From contig OX597818.1 in assembly GCA_951406725.2 (NCBI GenBank), positions 117,180,001 to 117,244,000 of the forward strand: DNA of 64,000 bases, read 5' to 3'. The notes beneath the pieces were generated by a model. It was not told where the DNA came from. It did not search any database and saw only the letters and a list, made by a program, of their open reading frames with translations. This document shows, piece by piece, positions 26,761 to 39,152 of this stretch. This DNA is from Octopus vulgaris. Lineage: Eukaryota. Both the position numbers and the translations under genes were made by a program. Position 1 is the first letter of the stretch. Each line of letters starts with the position of its first letter.

Positions 26761-27756
26761 AAGATACGTAGATCTCTACGTAGAGAGAAAGATAAATTGA
26801 CAGAGAGATTAATAACTGTGTAATATCGGGATTCCATTAGATGTCGCTAATATAGTTGTTGTTTTTCTGTAGTGAGTTTAACGTGAGAGTTTGAACGTAA
26901 AAGCTTTCAGAATTTAAACGATGACCATTAAAACATCAACTGCTTCTAAACATATTATAAATGTATAATTTTATAGTGTGGTATTTTACTCCTACACAGT
27001 ACACATACAGACTCACATCTTTAAGAGAATTTTGTATGTATATATGCGTATATGTATGCATGCATTCATCTATCTGTACATGTAAATATGTATGTATGCA
27101 TATATGCATGCATGAATGCATGAATGTATGTATGTATGTATATATACGAAAAAACATGAGTGTGTACGTGTATATTTATTGAATATTTATTAGAAGCATC
27201 TATCTCCTATATGTTTTTTTACTGCCACTCTATAATCTTACAAGCAAGTCAAGTGCAACACTTAAGCCTCAAACGCCATTAGAATGTTATCTTAACATTT
27301 ATGATGAATATAGAAGGAATATATTCAAGTAACAAAAAGGATTGGATGTATATTTAAGGAAGTATACGGTAAGCAACTTCACATTAAATATTTTATACTG
27401 GTAGCTAAGTATACAGTGATATGATCCAGGCTACTAAACGATCTAGTATTTATTATTTTTTTATAACTGTTAAACACAATCGCTTTTCCGTCGGGATGGT
27501 TGATGTATTTAGCCTGGATCTGAGATCGAAAGCATTTCTTTTGTCTCTATATAGGAAACTGATATATGGTTTGTTTCGTGAAAGTTATCTTTTCCAATAT
27601 TTATCACATATATATCAATGTTAACTTTCAGCAATATTTACTGTAATAAGTTTTATTGTAATCACCGATATATTTTCTGCTCTCTTGGCCATTTTATCCA
27701 TTACCGTATGTCCACTAGGGCATTACATAATCATATCTCTATAAAATGAAAGTATA

Positions 27757-27816
<60 letters not shown>

Positions 27817-27974
27817 ATTGTCACATATTATATTTACAGATAAATTCCTCTATTTACATAATATCGAGGTCTCTTATTTTTTTTGTTGTCTTACTATTTT
27901 TATCAATACAGGTGGTGCTATTAAGTTAGACATGGCCTGGGCCAATAATGGCCGAAACCTATCAAAGTATCAAA

Positions 27975-28020
<46 letters not shown>

Positions 28021-28024
<4 letters not shown>

Positions 28025-28265
28025 TAATAATAAAATATTAGGGAATAAATCCAAACTTACAGGGAAAAATCAGATTTAGGATTGAATCCAATTTTATAGT
28101 AAAATATCATATTATATTAAATCAGAGATAAAACCACTATTATCTTTTATTAAACTTTTAATACTTTTGATATATATTTAAAATAATATAAATTAATTAA
28201 TTTTATGTATTGGCTTAAGTTATTCATTGTTTGATTTGCCTAATAGTGGTTTTATCTCTAATTTA

Positions 28266-28275
<10 letters not shown>
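28021..28275 (-). mobile_element. Centrally deleted copy of the palindromic element at 58476-58972
   Basis: AAATATTAGGGAATAAATCCAAACTTACAG...GAGATAAAACCACTATTA and its inverted partner TAATAGTGGTTTTATCTC. Flanked by (TA)n. Confidence 0.85.
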
Positions 28276-28318
<43 letters not shown>

Positions 28319-28333
28319 ACATACATACATATA

Positions 28334-28808
28334 TATAATCAAAATAAGCAAGAAGTATATCCGAGGTAGGATGGTACAATTGTTTCATGATACTTCATTT
28401 TATTAAACACTGTATTACATCGGTTTTAAATTAAAATGTCGAGCAATCTTCAGTCACTTATACAAATTTTCCAATCAAACGGACAATGCACATTCTTTTC
28501 TCTGTTTTGTTTGCCAACATTATAAATAGGGTAGATATACAGACAGAGAGGTTGATTTCATTCTTAAGAACATGACAGTAGTAAATTTACTGTATGACTG
28601 TAGATTTTATCCTTTGTCATTTAGTAATACTTACAGTGTTTAATAAAATGAAGTAGCATGAAACAATTGTACCACCCTACCTCGGATATACTTGTTGCTT
28701 ATTTTGATTATAAGCACCCATTTGATTTATATGGGATAATACCATACACAATTCTGGTGCCTTTGACTTAAGTACCATATTCATCTGAATCTAAATTTTG
28801 CTGAACTT
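28334..28808 (+). mobile_element. Element with 81-bp inverted repeats and a one-sided tail, in (TA)n
   Basis: 28334-28414 is the near-exact reverse complement of 28632-28712. AATAAA at about 28642; tail to about 28808, then TA repeats. Confidence 0.75.
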
Positions 28809-29004
28809 ATATATATATATACTTCTAAATACGATATTGAGCTCTAACATTAACAAGGTCTTAAAAATTTGTGGTAGGTAAGTTATACTTGCTTAAGGTT
28901 TTGCAGAATTTCATTGATAATCTTCTGGTCCATCTCTCAAAGAGAAAAATCATTTTCAGTCACGCAGGTATTGGAATCGAGAATGTTAAAAATTAAAACT
29001 CTAT

Positions 29005-29404
29005 ACTCTTATTCTTTTACTTGTTTCAATCAATTGACTGCGGCCATGCTGGACCACCGCCTTTAGTCGAGCAAATCGAACACAGGACTTATTCTTTGTA
29101 AGCCTAGTACTTATTCTATTGGTCTCTTTTGCCGAACCTCTAAGTTACGGGGACGTAAACACACCGGCATCGGTTGTCAAGCGATGTTGGGGGGAAAACA
29201 CAGACACACAAACATACACACATACATATATACATATATACGATGGGATTCATTCTGTTTCCGTCTACCAAATCCACTCACAAGGCTTTGGTCGACCCGA
29301 GGCTATAATAGAAGACACTTGCCAAAAGTGCCATGCAGTGGGACTGAAACCCGGAACCATGTGGTTGGTAAACAAGCTACTTACCACACAGCCACTCCTA
29401 AGCG
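29005..29404 (-). mobile_element. tRNA-derived SINE, family B
   Basis: Full-length reverse match to the copy at 35800. Confidence 0.9.
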
Positions 29405-30069
29405 CATATCTACGAAATCTGCCATTGAACACGTATATAACGACAAATACATAGGATTGCATATGTGTAGAACAGTATCCGTATAAAAGAAGCACTTTAC
29501 TTCTTTAGATCTAAATTATCCTGTAAAAAATAAGACCGACAATGACAAAAAAACTATATCACATGCTAGAGTAAACGAAACAGTCACTAGATGCCTAAGT
29601 GATATTCACAATATTAACGTGGTTCCGAAACTAAATCGAAATTCCTAATCGCCTCACTTACTTTCGAAAAGTCATGTATATCAAAAAAGTATGATATATA
29701 AATAAATAAGTTTAAATTATAGAAAATTTGAAAGGTTAGTCCATTATTATTCATGTGGCATTTATTAACGCTATGATTGTTCTAAATATCACTGTATCAC
29801 ACTGACGTTTAGCAAATAAAATGGGATACCCACATAGACATATATTCCTACCGTACAGCACGCCCAAAACACATACATATATCCTCTTATATTTAATGAG
29901 AATATGTTTGCAAACACATTCGTGGAAATATATTTACACGAAGGGCATGCATACATACACACATGAAATATGAATACATATGTATATAATACATAAATGT
30001 ATGTATATATATATTCAAGGAGCTATGTATATATTTATATGTATATATACGTATGTCTAAATAGATAAA

Positions 30070-30070
30070 C

Positions 30071-30107
<37 letters not shown>

Positions 30108-30218
30108 TACATACATACATATATATATATATTGTTTGTATATATATATATGTATGTATATATATATATACATATATATATATGTATACATATATGTATA
30201 TATATATATATACATATA

Positions 30219-30317
<99 letters not shown>

Positions 30318-30378
30318 TATATACATATATATATGTATACATATATGTATGTATACATATATGTATGTATATATATAC

Positions 30379-30470
<92 letters not shown>
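30070..30470. repeat. Imperfect (TA)n microsatellite block
   Basis: Directly visible; it generates the poly-YI ORFs. Confidence 0.95.
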
Positions 30471-30474
<4 letters not shown>

Positions 30475-33128
30475 GGGATTACCCACGTATACAGAGAATG
30501 TTTAAAGCGCATTTGCTTTGGGAATTCCCTTTTGTGAATAAGCTGGTGCGGAATTCCCAGATATAAAGATTAGAACACATGCATGCGCGCGCACTTAAGC
30601 AAACAAATTCATACACACACACACATACACACACACACACACAGAAGCAACTACACTGACATTCACATTTATTGTCTCCAGCATAGAAACATCCCCACGT
30701 GATAACTGTGTACATTTTGGAAAATAGTTTGCTATATTTTGATTAAATTCATTTTTAAATAATTTAGGGAATTCATTACTCATAGAAATTAATTCTACTT
30801 GTAAAAATATTCTGTCAAATCTCACGAAGGTTCTACACAAATATATATTGACTGTTGTATCGTTTCCATACTCTTTCTACAAAATACAAATGTCATTTGA
30901 TGTAACAGCTATCCTCACTTTACACAGATAGCATGCAGGCATGGATGTGGGTGTTTAAATATTTATTTCATCCTCCCCATGTACTGGATATCGAAACATC
31001 CAAAGGCTGAAGCGTGTATAAGAATAAACTAATAAAAGAATGTGTGTGTACCAAAAGGATAGTTCGTTTGTTACAAATAACGCTCTTCGAATATATTATA
31101 TCCAACATGAGCATTCGTTCCCGATATGATATCCCGAGGTTTGTTGCGATTCAGCCACATTTTTTGATCTTTGATGTTAGCTACACTCAAACTAATTTTT
31201 ATGCACATATCCTTCACTCGTGTAATTTTCCATAGCGATTTTGAAAATCACAACCATTTTTCTAAAATAATTTAATACCGAAGAATGTTATGAACAACGA
31301 AACTTGGATACTTTTGTAATCGTAGCCGATAAGATTTATCCAATATCGGCATCTCATCCAGAAGACCATTTCAGAATATCTCGTTTGCATAGAAGCCGAC
31401 TGAAACTATTTTTACATGAAGGTTCGGTTCAAGGCTAACACTATCGTGAAGGTTTAAGGGTAGGTTTTAGGCTTTAGGGTTAGTCTATAGAGTTAGGCTC
31501 TAGGATGACGGCCACACTTAGCGTTACGGTTTGCAGTATATCATGGTATCTCATTATAAAATATTAATTTGCCTTTTAATTTGTTGTTCATTAATTATTT
31601 TCAAGGACCTTGTGTTACTTTTATCATCTCACCCTCCACCACCAAAATAAAAAAAAGAGAACATGTTGCAGGTAATTTAGTCATATAATTACTAACTCAT
31701 GAAAAAAGCAGGCATGCCGTTTCCCATAACATCAGCACGGTCTGTAAAGAAAGGATGAATCAAATACTACAAGAAATATAATTTTAAAATTTCGGAGGAA
31801 TTTTACTATAAATTTTTGCGAAGAAAAAAGAAGTGGGACTCTTTGCAGTTGGCATGCAAACCTATATCTTTAAAATTTCTTTAAAATTTCTATAAAATGT
31901 TTCATCTTCAAATCTGCGGTCATACAGTCTGTATAGAAATTTTCCTTTAATTTGAACACCGCATCTGACAGAATAAATGTTAGCATAGAATCTTTCATTT
32001 TTAGGCGAGTAAATTAATCGTAGCATACGCCGATAGAATGCATGAAAATTCCATATGACTTAACGTGAGGTAGAGATATAAAGTCACTGATTAAAACTGT
32101 ATCATGTTATGGATTACAGTAAAATTCTCTTATTGTGTAAATTATACATTGCTATCAACTTGAATTTGCTGTGAATGTTACTTAAATTACGACTCTACGA
32201 TATAATGGAATATTGACGGCTGAAATTATATAATAAAATGAATTCTTATTAGGTATTTGATGCATCATATATTTCATAATAAAAACGGTGGTATCAGGCA
32301 TTTTAGCTACCCATTCGTAGTCACGTAACCTATTTCATAATATTGTCCTCGGTGTATTTGTAATATATTTGTGCAGACATAACTAGACATGGCGGTATTT
32401 ATATTTCTAACTCTAAAGACAAGGACGGCTGCTTCCGTAATCCAAGTAAATCACATTTTATAGCCACTTAGACCCTTCCGGCAAAGCGCATGTCGTGTCT
32501 GTTTCTAAACCCAAAAGAATAAAAAAAAAAGCTATAATCGTTTCGTGATATTACATATAACATAAAAAGAATCATTCACACCACTTACTGACAGCGGAAC
32601 GTTTTCCAGATAGATTATGCTTTTAACACTTCAAACATAAATAACATCAGTTCAGTGAATAGAACATCATTACAGTCATCTATATTTGACCTTTAAATCT
32701 CAATTTCAGTAATATATATACAATATCCAATAATTTACTTTATATAATATATTTACAAGATAGATGATTATATACGTATAACCAGTGAAGGTATACATTT
32801 AACCATTAAATAAAATGTTATATTGTGTAGTCAAAAATGTTTCATAGGAGTTGTAGCAAAGAGTAATTCGGGCCATGATCCCAACCATTTTTATGTTCAC
32901 TTATTTATTTATTCATTTATTTTTTCCTTAGCCTCATGGCATCCTTATCAGTGTTGAAACCAATGTTTACCCTCTCGTGTGTAACAAAAAAAAATGAATC
33001 TACGACTCTTGTAAATAAGTAATATTGTGCGATTTTGATGAAATGGTCCAGTTGTTGAAAATTTCGTTTTACAGTCAAGGGATCGCGGTTTCTATTCCGA
33101 TTCATGTTATTTTAGTTCGTAACTTTTA

Positions 33129-33699
33129 TTGAGTTATCCGGAATGTTCGTGCCCATTTATAGTCGCTTCCCTTTCGACTTACTTTAGAACATAGTTGAGC
33201 CCATAAAACATAGTTGAGCCCATAAAATAGGATTTGACTACACCTCCATTTAGAACACAGCTTTTCGTGGAAGAAGGTTTATGTTCCTATAACCTGTGTT
33301 AATTCTGTAACCCTTTAAAATGGAAGATAAGAAAGTTCCTTTTCGGCACTTGATGCTTTGGGAATCAGACAAAAATTGCTGCAGCTCGGCTGGGATGTGT
33401 TACCCCACCCTCCATATTCACCAGATATTGCTCCTTCGGATTCCCCCTTATTCAGGCCTCTGCACAATAGTCTTAATGGTAAAAATTTCAATTACTTGGA
33501 TGACATAAAAATATACCTTGATGAATTCTTAGCCTTGAAACCATCTCAATTCTTGGAAGAGGGTATTTTCAAGTTAAAGGAAATATGAAGACGCATTGTG
33601 CAACAAAATGTTTCATATTTGGTTGATTAAAAATGTAATGGCAAGTATTTATTGACCCTTTTCTTTTAAAAATCGGTGCAAACTTTCCGGGCAACTCAA
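33129..33699 (+). mobile_element. Internally deleted mariner element with both TIRs and TA TSD
   Basis: Left TA-TTGAGTTATCCGGAATGTT, right AACTTTCCGGGCAACTCAA-TA. N-terminus MEDKKVPFRHLML is joined to the C-terminal LGWDVLPHPPYSPDIAPSD..LF motif. Confidence 0.92.
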
Positions 33700-35799
33700 T
33701 ACTTTTGCTTTGAGGAGCACTGCATGAGATAGAGGCAAATCTTGTTCCACAGCCTCAGTTGGTTTTGACGAACATTTAAAAAGAGCATCGCCAATATTTG
33801 CTATTATAGCGAGTTGAAAATCTTCGACGAAGTTAAAATCTCTACCTCATTACTAGAAACAAACCAATCAAGAAAAGTTTAAAATCTACGTAAAACACGG
33901 AATAGCAAAAACTCCAACGAGATCAGCTTATCAAGGTAAGATGGTTTCTCAAAAACCAAAAGACAAAAAAGAAAGATATCATTAACAATAGAGGCGAATA
34001 GTGTGTGTGGCTTCCAATTACATTGATCATGTTCATAATCAACATCAAAGCACACGCAGCATCGTCATAACACTACTGCCTCATTTATTAACTATTTCTA
34101 TGTTTCACTTGCACATGACCCGAGTAGTTCTGACAAGCCACAAACAAATACTAAATAAATAGAATTTCTATGGTTGTTTTGCTGATGAATTCGTTTCGTC
34201 TAGCTTTCAAAGTATATTGATTCTACGTTATATTTTTCATTCTAACAAAGTAAAATATAAAGGGACTTTTGCAGATGACTGCTGCACCTTCTTTATGTAG
34301 GGGAGACCGAGTCAAGTTGTTACATTTTTCATTTTTTTGCGTTGGCACCCATATAAATGAAGACAGCTGAAGTTTCTTTTCAGATTTAATTAATAAAACA
34401 TCTCTATGTATTGTTATCACCAGCAAAAAAACAGAAATTGCATAACATTAATTAGAGAGGTTCTAATGAATGAGGTGGTGTTAGCTGTAACAATTTTCTC
34501 CGAGTGTGGGGTACGTTGTGACACTTACTGGGGTACTTTGTTGCAAATGTCGAAAACTCGGAATTATGTTAACAAACAAGTTTAAAATGAATACGTCTCC
34601 TGCTTCTTCCATCTAGGAAATATTATTTTAATTAATTGACTGTGCTTTGAAGCACCTCATATCCTAATTATATTACTGAGAGTCCTCATCAGCCATTTCC
34701 ACCATTGTTACATGTGTCATCTAGTCGGAATTGTTTTCCATTAACTTCTCACCACACAGATCACACAGAAAGTCCTGTCGTCCATCGGTACAGTCAATGT
34801 GTGCTCAGTCTTTACAGATCCTCCATTGCACCCATTCTTCGCCTGGAAGGGAGTTGGGATACTAATCTGAGCGGACAAGTCATTTCCAATCGGCGATTTG
34901 CTTTATTATTAGTTATATTATATATATTGATAGGAGACACTGTAAATGTGATCAAAGATTTTAGACTTGAATGCGTCATAGCATACGAAGGAAATCGTAC
35001 AGCACATTTGTAATTAACGTCGACATTCCGAGAAGTTAATAACTGGATAAAGTCATCATCACATGCATTATTGTAGGTGTCCATCTGACTGGATTTCATC
35101 GAGGCAACTTTCCTTTTTAAGCAAGAATCCATTACTTCACATGTGACTATACAGTACCTGCATTTGTACCCATATGCGCATCAAGGATTATGATGCTTTA
35201 TGAGGGCTGCAGTTTCCTCTGAATAGATTCTAGTATCGATGTGCATAAAGAAAATATTGACTCCAAAGCTCTTAGTCTGAAAGGAAAGAAAATCTTCTAT
35301 TAATAGTAACTCATTAATAACATTGACAAACTTAAACTAGCAACTGGATTTGCATATAAAGTTCTATGCATTGTGCACGAGAATATAATTATCATTTTAT
35401 AAACATACAATAAACATACAATAAACACTATAAGCATACAATCAACACAAAAATTTGGAAAAAATACAAAGCAAAAAGATAATGATAAAGTAATCGTTAT
35501 TTCAAATTGTCCGACGCATATTTATTAAGTACTTACAGTTTGTTTATCAGAATTGACATCAACCATTTTTAATGGTATCTCAAATATTTAATATCATCAA
35601 CAATGAAAGAAGAAGTGATATTTTAGTTCAACAAGCCGTCAAAACATATGAACAGATTTCCTGTATTTTTCAATAGAGTAATGTTTTGAGGAAGAGCATG
35701 TAATCCCGTGTTCACAAATTACTTCGAATGTAATTTGTGGACAAATTGCATGTAGTAGGTCTGCAGAGAAAAGAGAGAGAGAGAGTGTGTGTGTGTGAG

Positions 35800-36214
35800 A
35801 GGCGCAGGAGTGGTTGTGTGGTAAGTAGCTTGCTAACCAACCACATGGTTCCGGGTTCAGTCCCACTGCATGGCATCTTGGGCAAGTGTCTTCTGCTATA
35901 GCCCCGGGCCGACCAATGCCTTGTGAGTGGATTTGGCAGACGGAAACTGAAAGAAGCCTGGCGTATATATGTATATATATATATAAGTGTGTGTGTATAT
36001 GTTTGTGTGTCTGTGTTTGTCCCCCTAGCATTGCTTGACAACCGATGCTGGTGTGTTTATGTCCCCGTTACTTAGCGGTTCGGCAAAAGAGACCGATATA
36101 ATAAGTACTGGGCTTACAAAAAGAATAAGTTCCGGGGTCCAGTTGCTCGATTAAAGGCGGTGCTCCAGCATGGCCGCAGTCAAATGACTGAAACAAGTAA
36201 AAGAGTAAAAGAGA
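35800..36214 (+). mobile_element. tRNA-derived SINE, family B (CORE-like), full length
   Basis: tRNA-like head, CTTGGGCAAGTG segment, internal microsatellite, (GTAAAAGA)n tail. Confidence 0.9.
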
Positions 36215-36293
36215 GAGGGACAATTAGAAATAAACTGAAGAGAGATAGATAAATTGATGGACCTACACACGCAGTCACATGCATATATTTATA

Positions 36294-36553
36294 CTAGCAG
36301 AAATACCCGGCGCTGCCCGGGTTAAAGAGAAAAATGAAATTTAAAAACGCCGTCTAGATTCCGCAGGTCTCAACTGCTAGTAGTGGAGATACCAACTTTC
36401 TACATTAATAAGTCCGACCCATGCCAGCGTGGAACAAAGACGTTATGTGAAATGTTAAAAGAAAGTTTTCAACTCATGTATGTATATAAAGTAAAAACAC
36501 GTAATTCAAAAACGTTTTGTGTAGCTTATTTCGTAACCAAATAACAGGTACAG

Positions 36554-36560
<7 letters not shown>
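36294..36560 (-). mobile_element. Non-autonomous Helitron 3' end (5' end not determined)
   Basis: Minus strand reads hairpin CCCGGGCAGCGCCGGG then CTGCTAG-T, the same end type as 55617. Confidence 0.65.
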
Positions 36561-36584
<24 letters not shown>

Positions 36585-36899
36585 TGTATGTATGTATGTA
36601 TGTATGTTTGCTGCTGTAGTGAATGGGGAAAGCTTGGTCTGCAATGTTTACAGTAGTGTGTGCTTGTCAAGGGCAGGGCTCGTTAGTCTCCAACGGAGCC
36701 GCAAATGCAAAATATAAGTTAGTCCTAGAGCGTACAATGTACATGAAGGTCAGCAATAATGGTTTTCCTCGGTCACAAGTGGACGGCCATCGTCATGTAT
36801 GTATGTATGTATGTATGTATGTATGTATGTATGTATGTATGTATGTATGTATGTATGTATGTATGTTTGTATGTATATGTATGTATGTATGTAAGTATG

Positions 36900-36931
<32 letters not shown>

Positions 36932-36985
36932 TGTATGTATGTATATACGTGTGTAAGTATGTATGTATGTATGTATGTATGTATG

Positions 36986-37019
<34 letters not shown>

Positions 37020-37058
37020 TGTATGTATGTATGTATCTATCTATCTATATATATATAT

Positions 37059-37286
37059 TTCTTTACTACCCACAAGGGGCTAAACACAGAGGGGACAAAC
37101 AAGGACAGACAAACGGATTAAGTCGATTATATCGACCCCAGTGCGTAACTGGTACTTAATTTATCGACCCCGAAAGGATGAAAGGCAAAGTTGACCTCGG
37201 CAGAATTTGAGCTCGGAACGTAACGACAGACGAAATACGGCTACGCATTTCGCCCGGCGTGCTAACGTTTCTGCCAACTCGCCGCC
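37059..37286 (-). mobile_element. tRNA-derived SINE, family A
   Basis: Full-length reverse match to 21380-21610. Confidence 0.9.
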
Positions 37287-37539
37287 CCATCTATCTATCT
37301 ATATATGTCTGTCTATCTACACTCACACATGCACACACATATATTCGCATGCATACATACATACATGGGGTTCATTATGCGTATATTCGGTTTGTAAGTG
37401 TTTCCTCTGCTCAATCGTGATGATGTGTTTATGCTGCTTCCGTGTATTGCCCTCAACAAAGCAATTCATTAAATAAAGAACGATAAATCAAGTAACCATC
37501 CTGGAATCAACCTCTCTACCTAAACTCTTGAAGCTGTTA

Positions 37540-37932
37540 GGAGGCGCAATGACCCAGTGGTTAGGGCAGCGGATTCGCGGTCGTAGGATCGCGGTTTCGA
37601 TTCCCAGACCGGGCGTTGTGAGTGTTTATTGAGCGAAAACACCTAAAGCTCCACGAGGCTCCGGCAGGGGTTGGTGGTGATCCCTGCTGTACTCTTTCAC
37701 CACAACTTTCTCTCACTCTTACTTCCTGTTCCTGTTGTACCTGTATTTCAAAGGGCAGGTCTTGTCACTCTCTGTGTCACGCTGAATATCCCCGAGAACT
37801 ACGTTAAGGGTACACGTGTCTGTGGAGTGCTCAGCCACTTACACGTTAATTTCACGAGCAGGCTGTTCCGTTGATCGGATCAACCGGAACCCTCGTCGTC
37901 GTAACCGAAGGAGTGCTTCCTTCCTTCTTCTA
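37540..37932 (+). mobile_element. tRNA(Arg-like)-derived SINE, family C, full length
   Basis: A box TGACCCAGTGG, B box GGTTTCGATTCC; TSD AAGCTGTTA at 37531-37539 and 37933-37941. Confidence 0.9.
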
Positions 37933-38812
37933 AAGCTGTTAACCCATCATATGTGCAGTACAATAACGAGTTGCAGTAGAATGTATTAGGGAGGTTTACT
38001 TTGTTTATCCCAATGCTGAACTTACAAAGAACAGGTTCCTTCCTCATAACTTGTCATCTGGTTTCATTAGGTTTTGTCCCTTTCCTTTACTTTACTTTTA
38101 CCGTACAAAATAAATATAACGTTTTAATTTAGGGTTGCTGTTTGACTCAATCTCCTTATGGAGTATTCAAAACCAGTTTAAAATATATTTTATTCAGTAA
38201 TTATTAACCAATGAAAAATCAACATATTAAAACGTTCCTAACGCAAGGAATTTGTAATCGTGCTATCATCGATAACCAATTCCTAAGACTACAAAATTAT
38301 TTCCTTACACAAGTTCTGTATCTGTGGACACATGGAAAAAGATGCAGAATTTAGGGCAATTCTTCAGTTGACCTGGATATGAGAAAATATCGAAATATAT
38401 TAATTTCCTGGACGTGACTTTTAGGAAGGTTATAGACGAAACAATATCAGCATTTCGCTTCTCCTAAAAAGATGTTAACGCGTGTGCCATGTTTAAAAAT
38501 CGATATCTATGAAAAATGTATATTGTGTTAATATAGGAAGCCGTAAATGTCAGCAGAAAATATACTACATCTAATTTAAATATAATTGCAACGCAGCAAT
38601 TTCTGATTGTTGAATTCAGTTAATTTAGAACAATATATCTAATAGAATGGAAGTAGGACGGCGATAAGGCAATCGGTCAAATTATGAAAGTATGGATATT
38701 TAAGAATAATTCTGCTTACTAATTCTGATGTGAGAAACTTATTTAAAAAAAATATTCATAGGTGCAGGTATGGCTCTACGGATACGAGGCTCGTTTCGTG
38801 AACACATCTATT

Positions 38813-38966
38813 CCATTATTTACGTTATTTACATTTGACGGATATTTGTCCTCATATTGTTTGTTATTAAATCAACGTTTCGGCTGATATAATATACTCT
38901 CCAGCGTTCATCTGGTGTCTTGGGGGAAATTTCGAACCTGAGATCTCACTCCTAAGGTATTTTTCG
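38813..38966 (-). mobile_element. Second copy of the HHR-bearing repeat at 14810-14960
   Basis: Reverse strand CCCAAGACAC-CAGATGA-ACGCTG...CAGCC-GAAACGTTG...GAGGACAAATATCCGTCAAATGTAAATAA; the core carries a U4-to-A change. Confidence 0.8.
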
Positions 38967-39065
38967 CTGTTATTATTATTATTTCTTGCCGAGTGTCTTC
39001 CCGACCCCTAGGGCAAAGAAACTCATAGTATACATTGGTATTAAAGAAACTCATAGTATACATTG

Positions 39066-39126
<61 letters not shown>

Positions 39127-39152
39127 CATCATTATTATTATTATTATCATTA

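Noticed and set aside
31450-31505. Degenerate TTAGGG-like run
   Set aside because: Only one exact unit; insufficient for an interstitial telomere call.
34660-34705. CTGATGAGGAC on the minus strand
   Set aside because: No matching GTCC-GAAA downstream. The wider region (about 34750-35350, minus) looks at most like a very old RTE-type remnant, too weak to call.
37540-37612. tRNA gene candidates (also 21691, 25938, 46305)
   Set aside because: They are SINE heads: each continues into a shared SINE body or repeat tail and lacks a proper acceptor stem.
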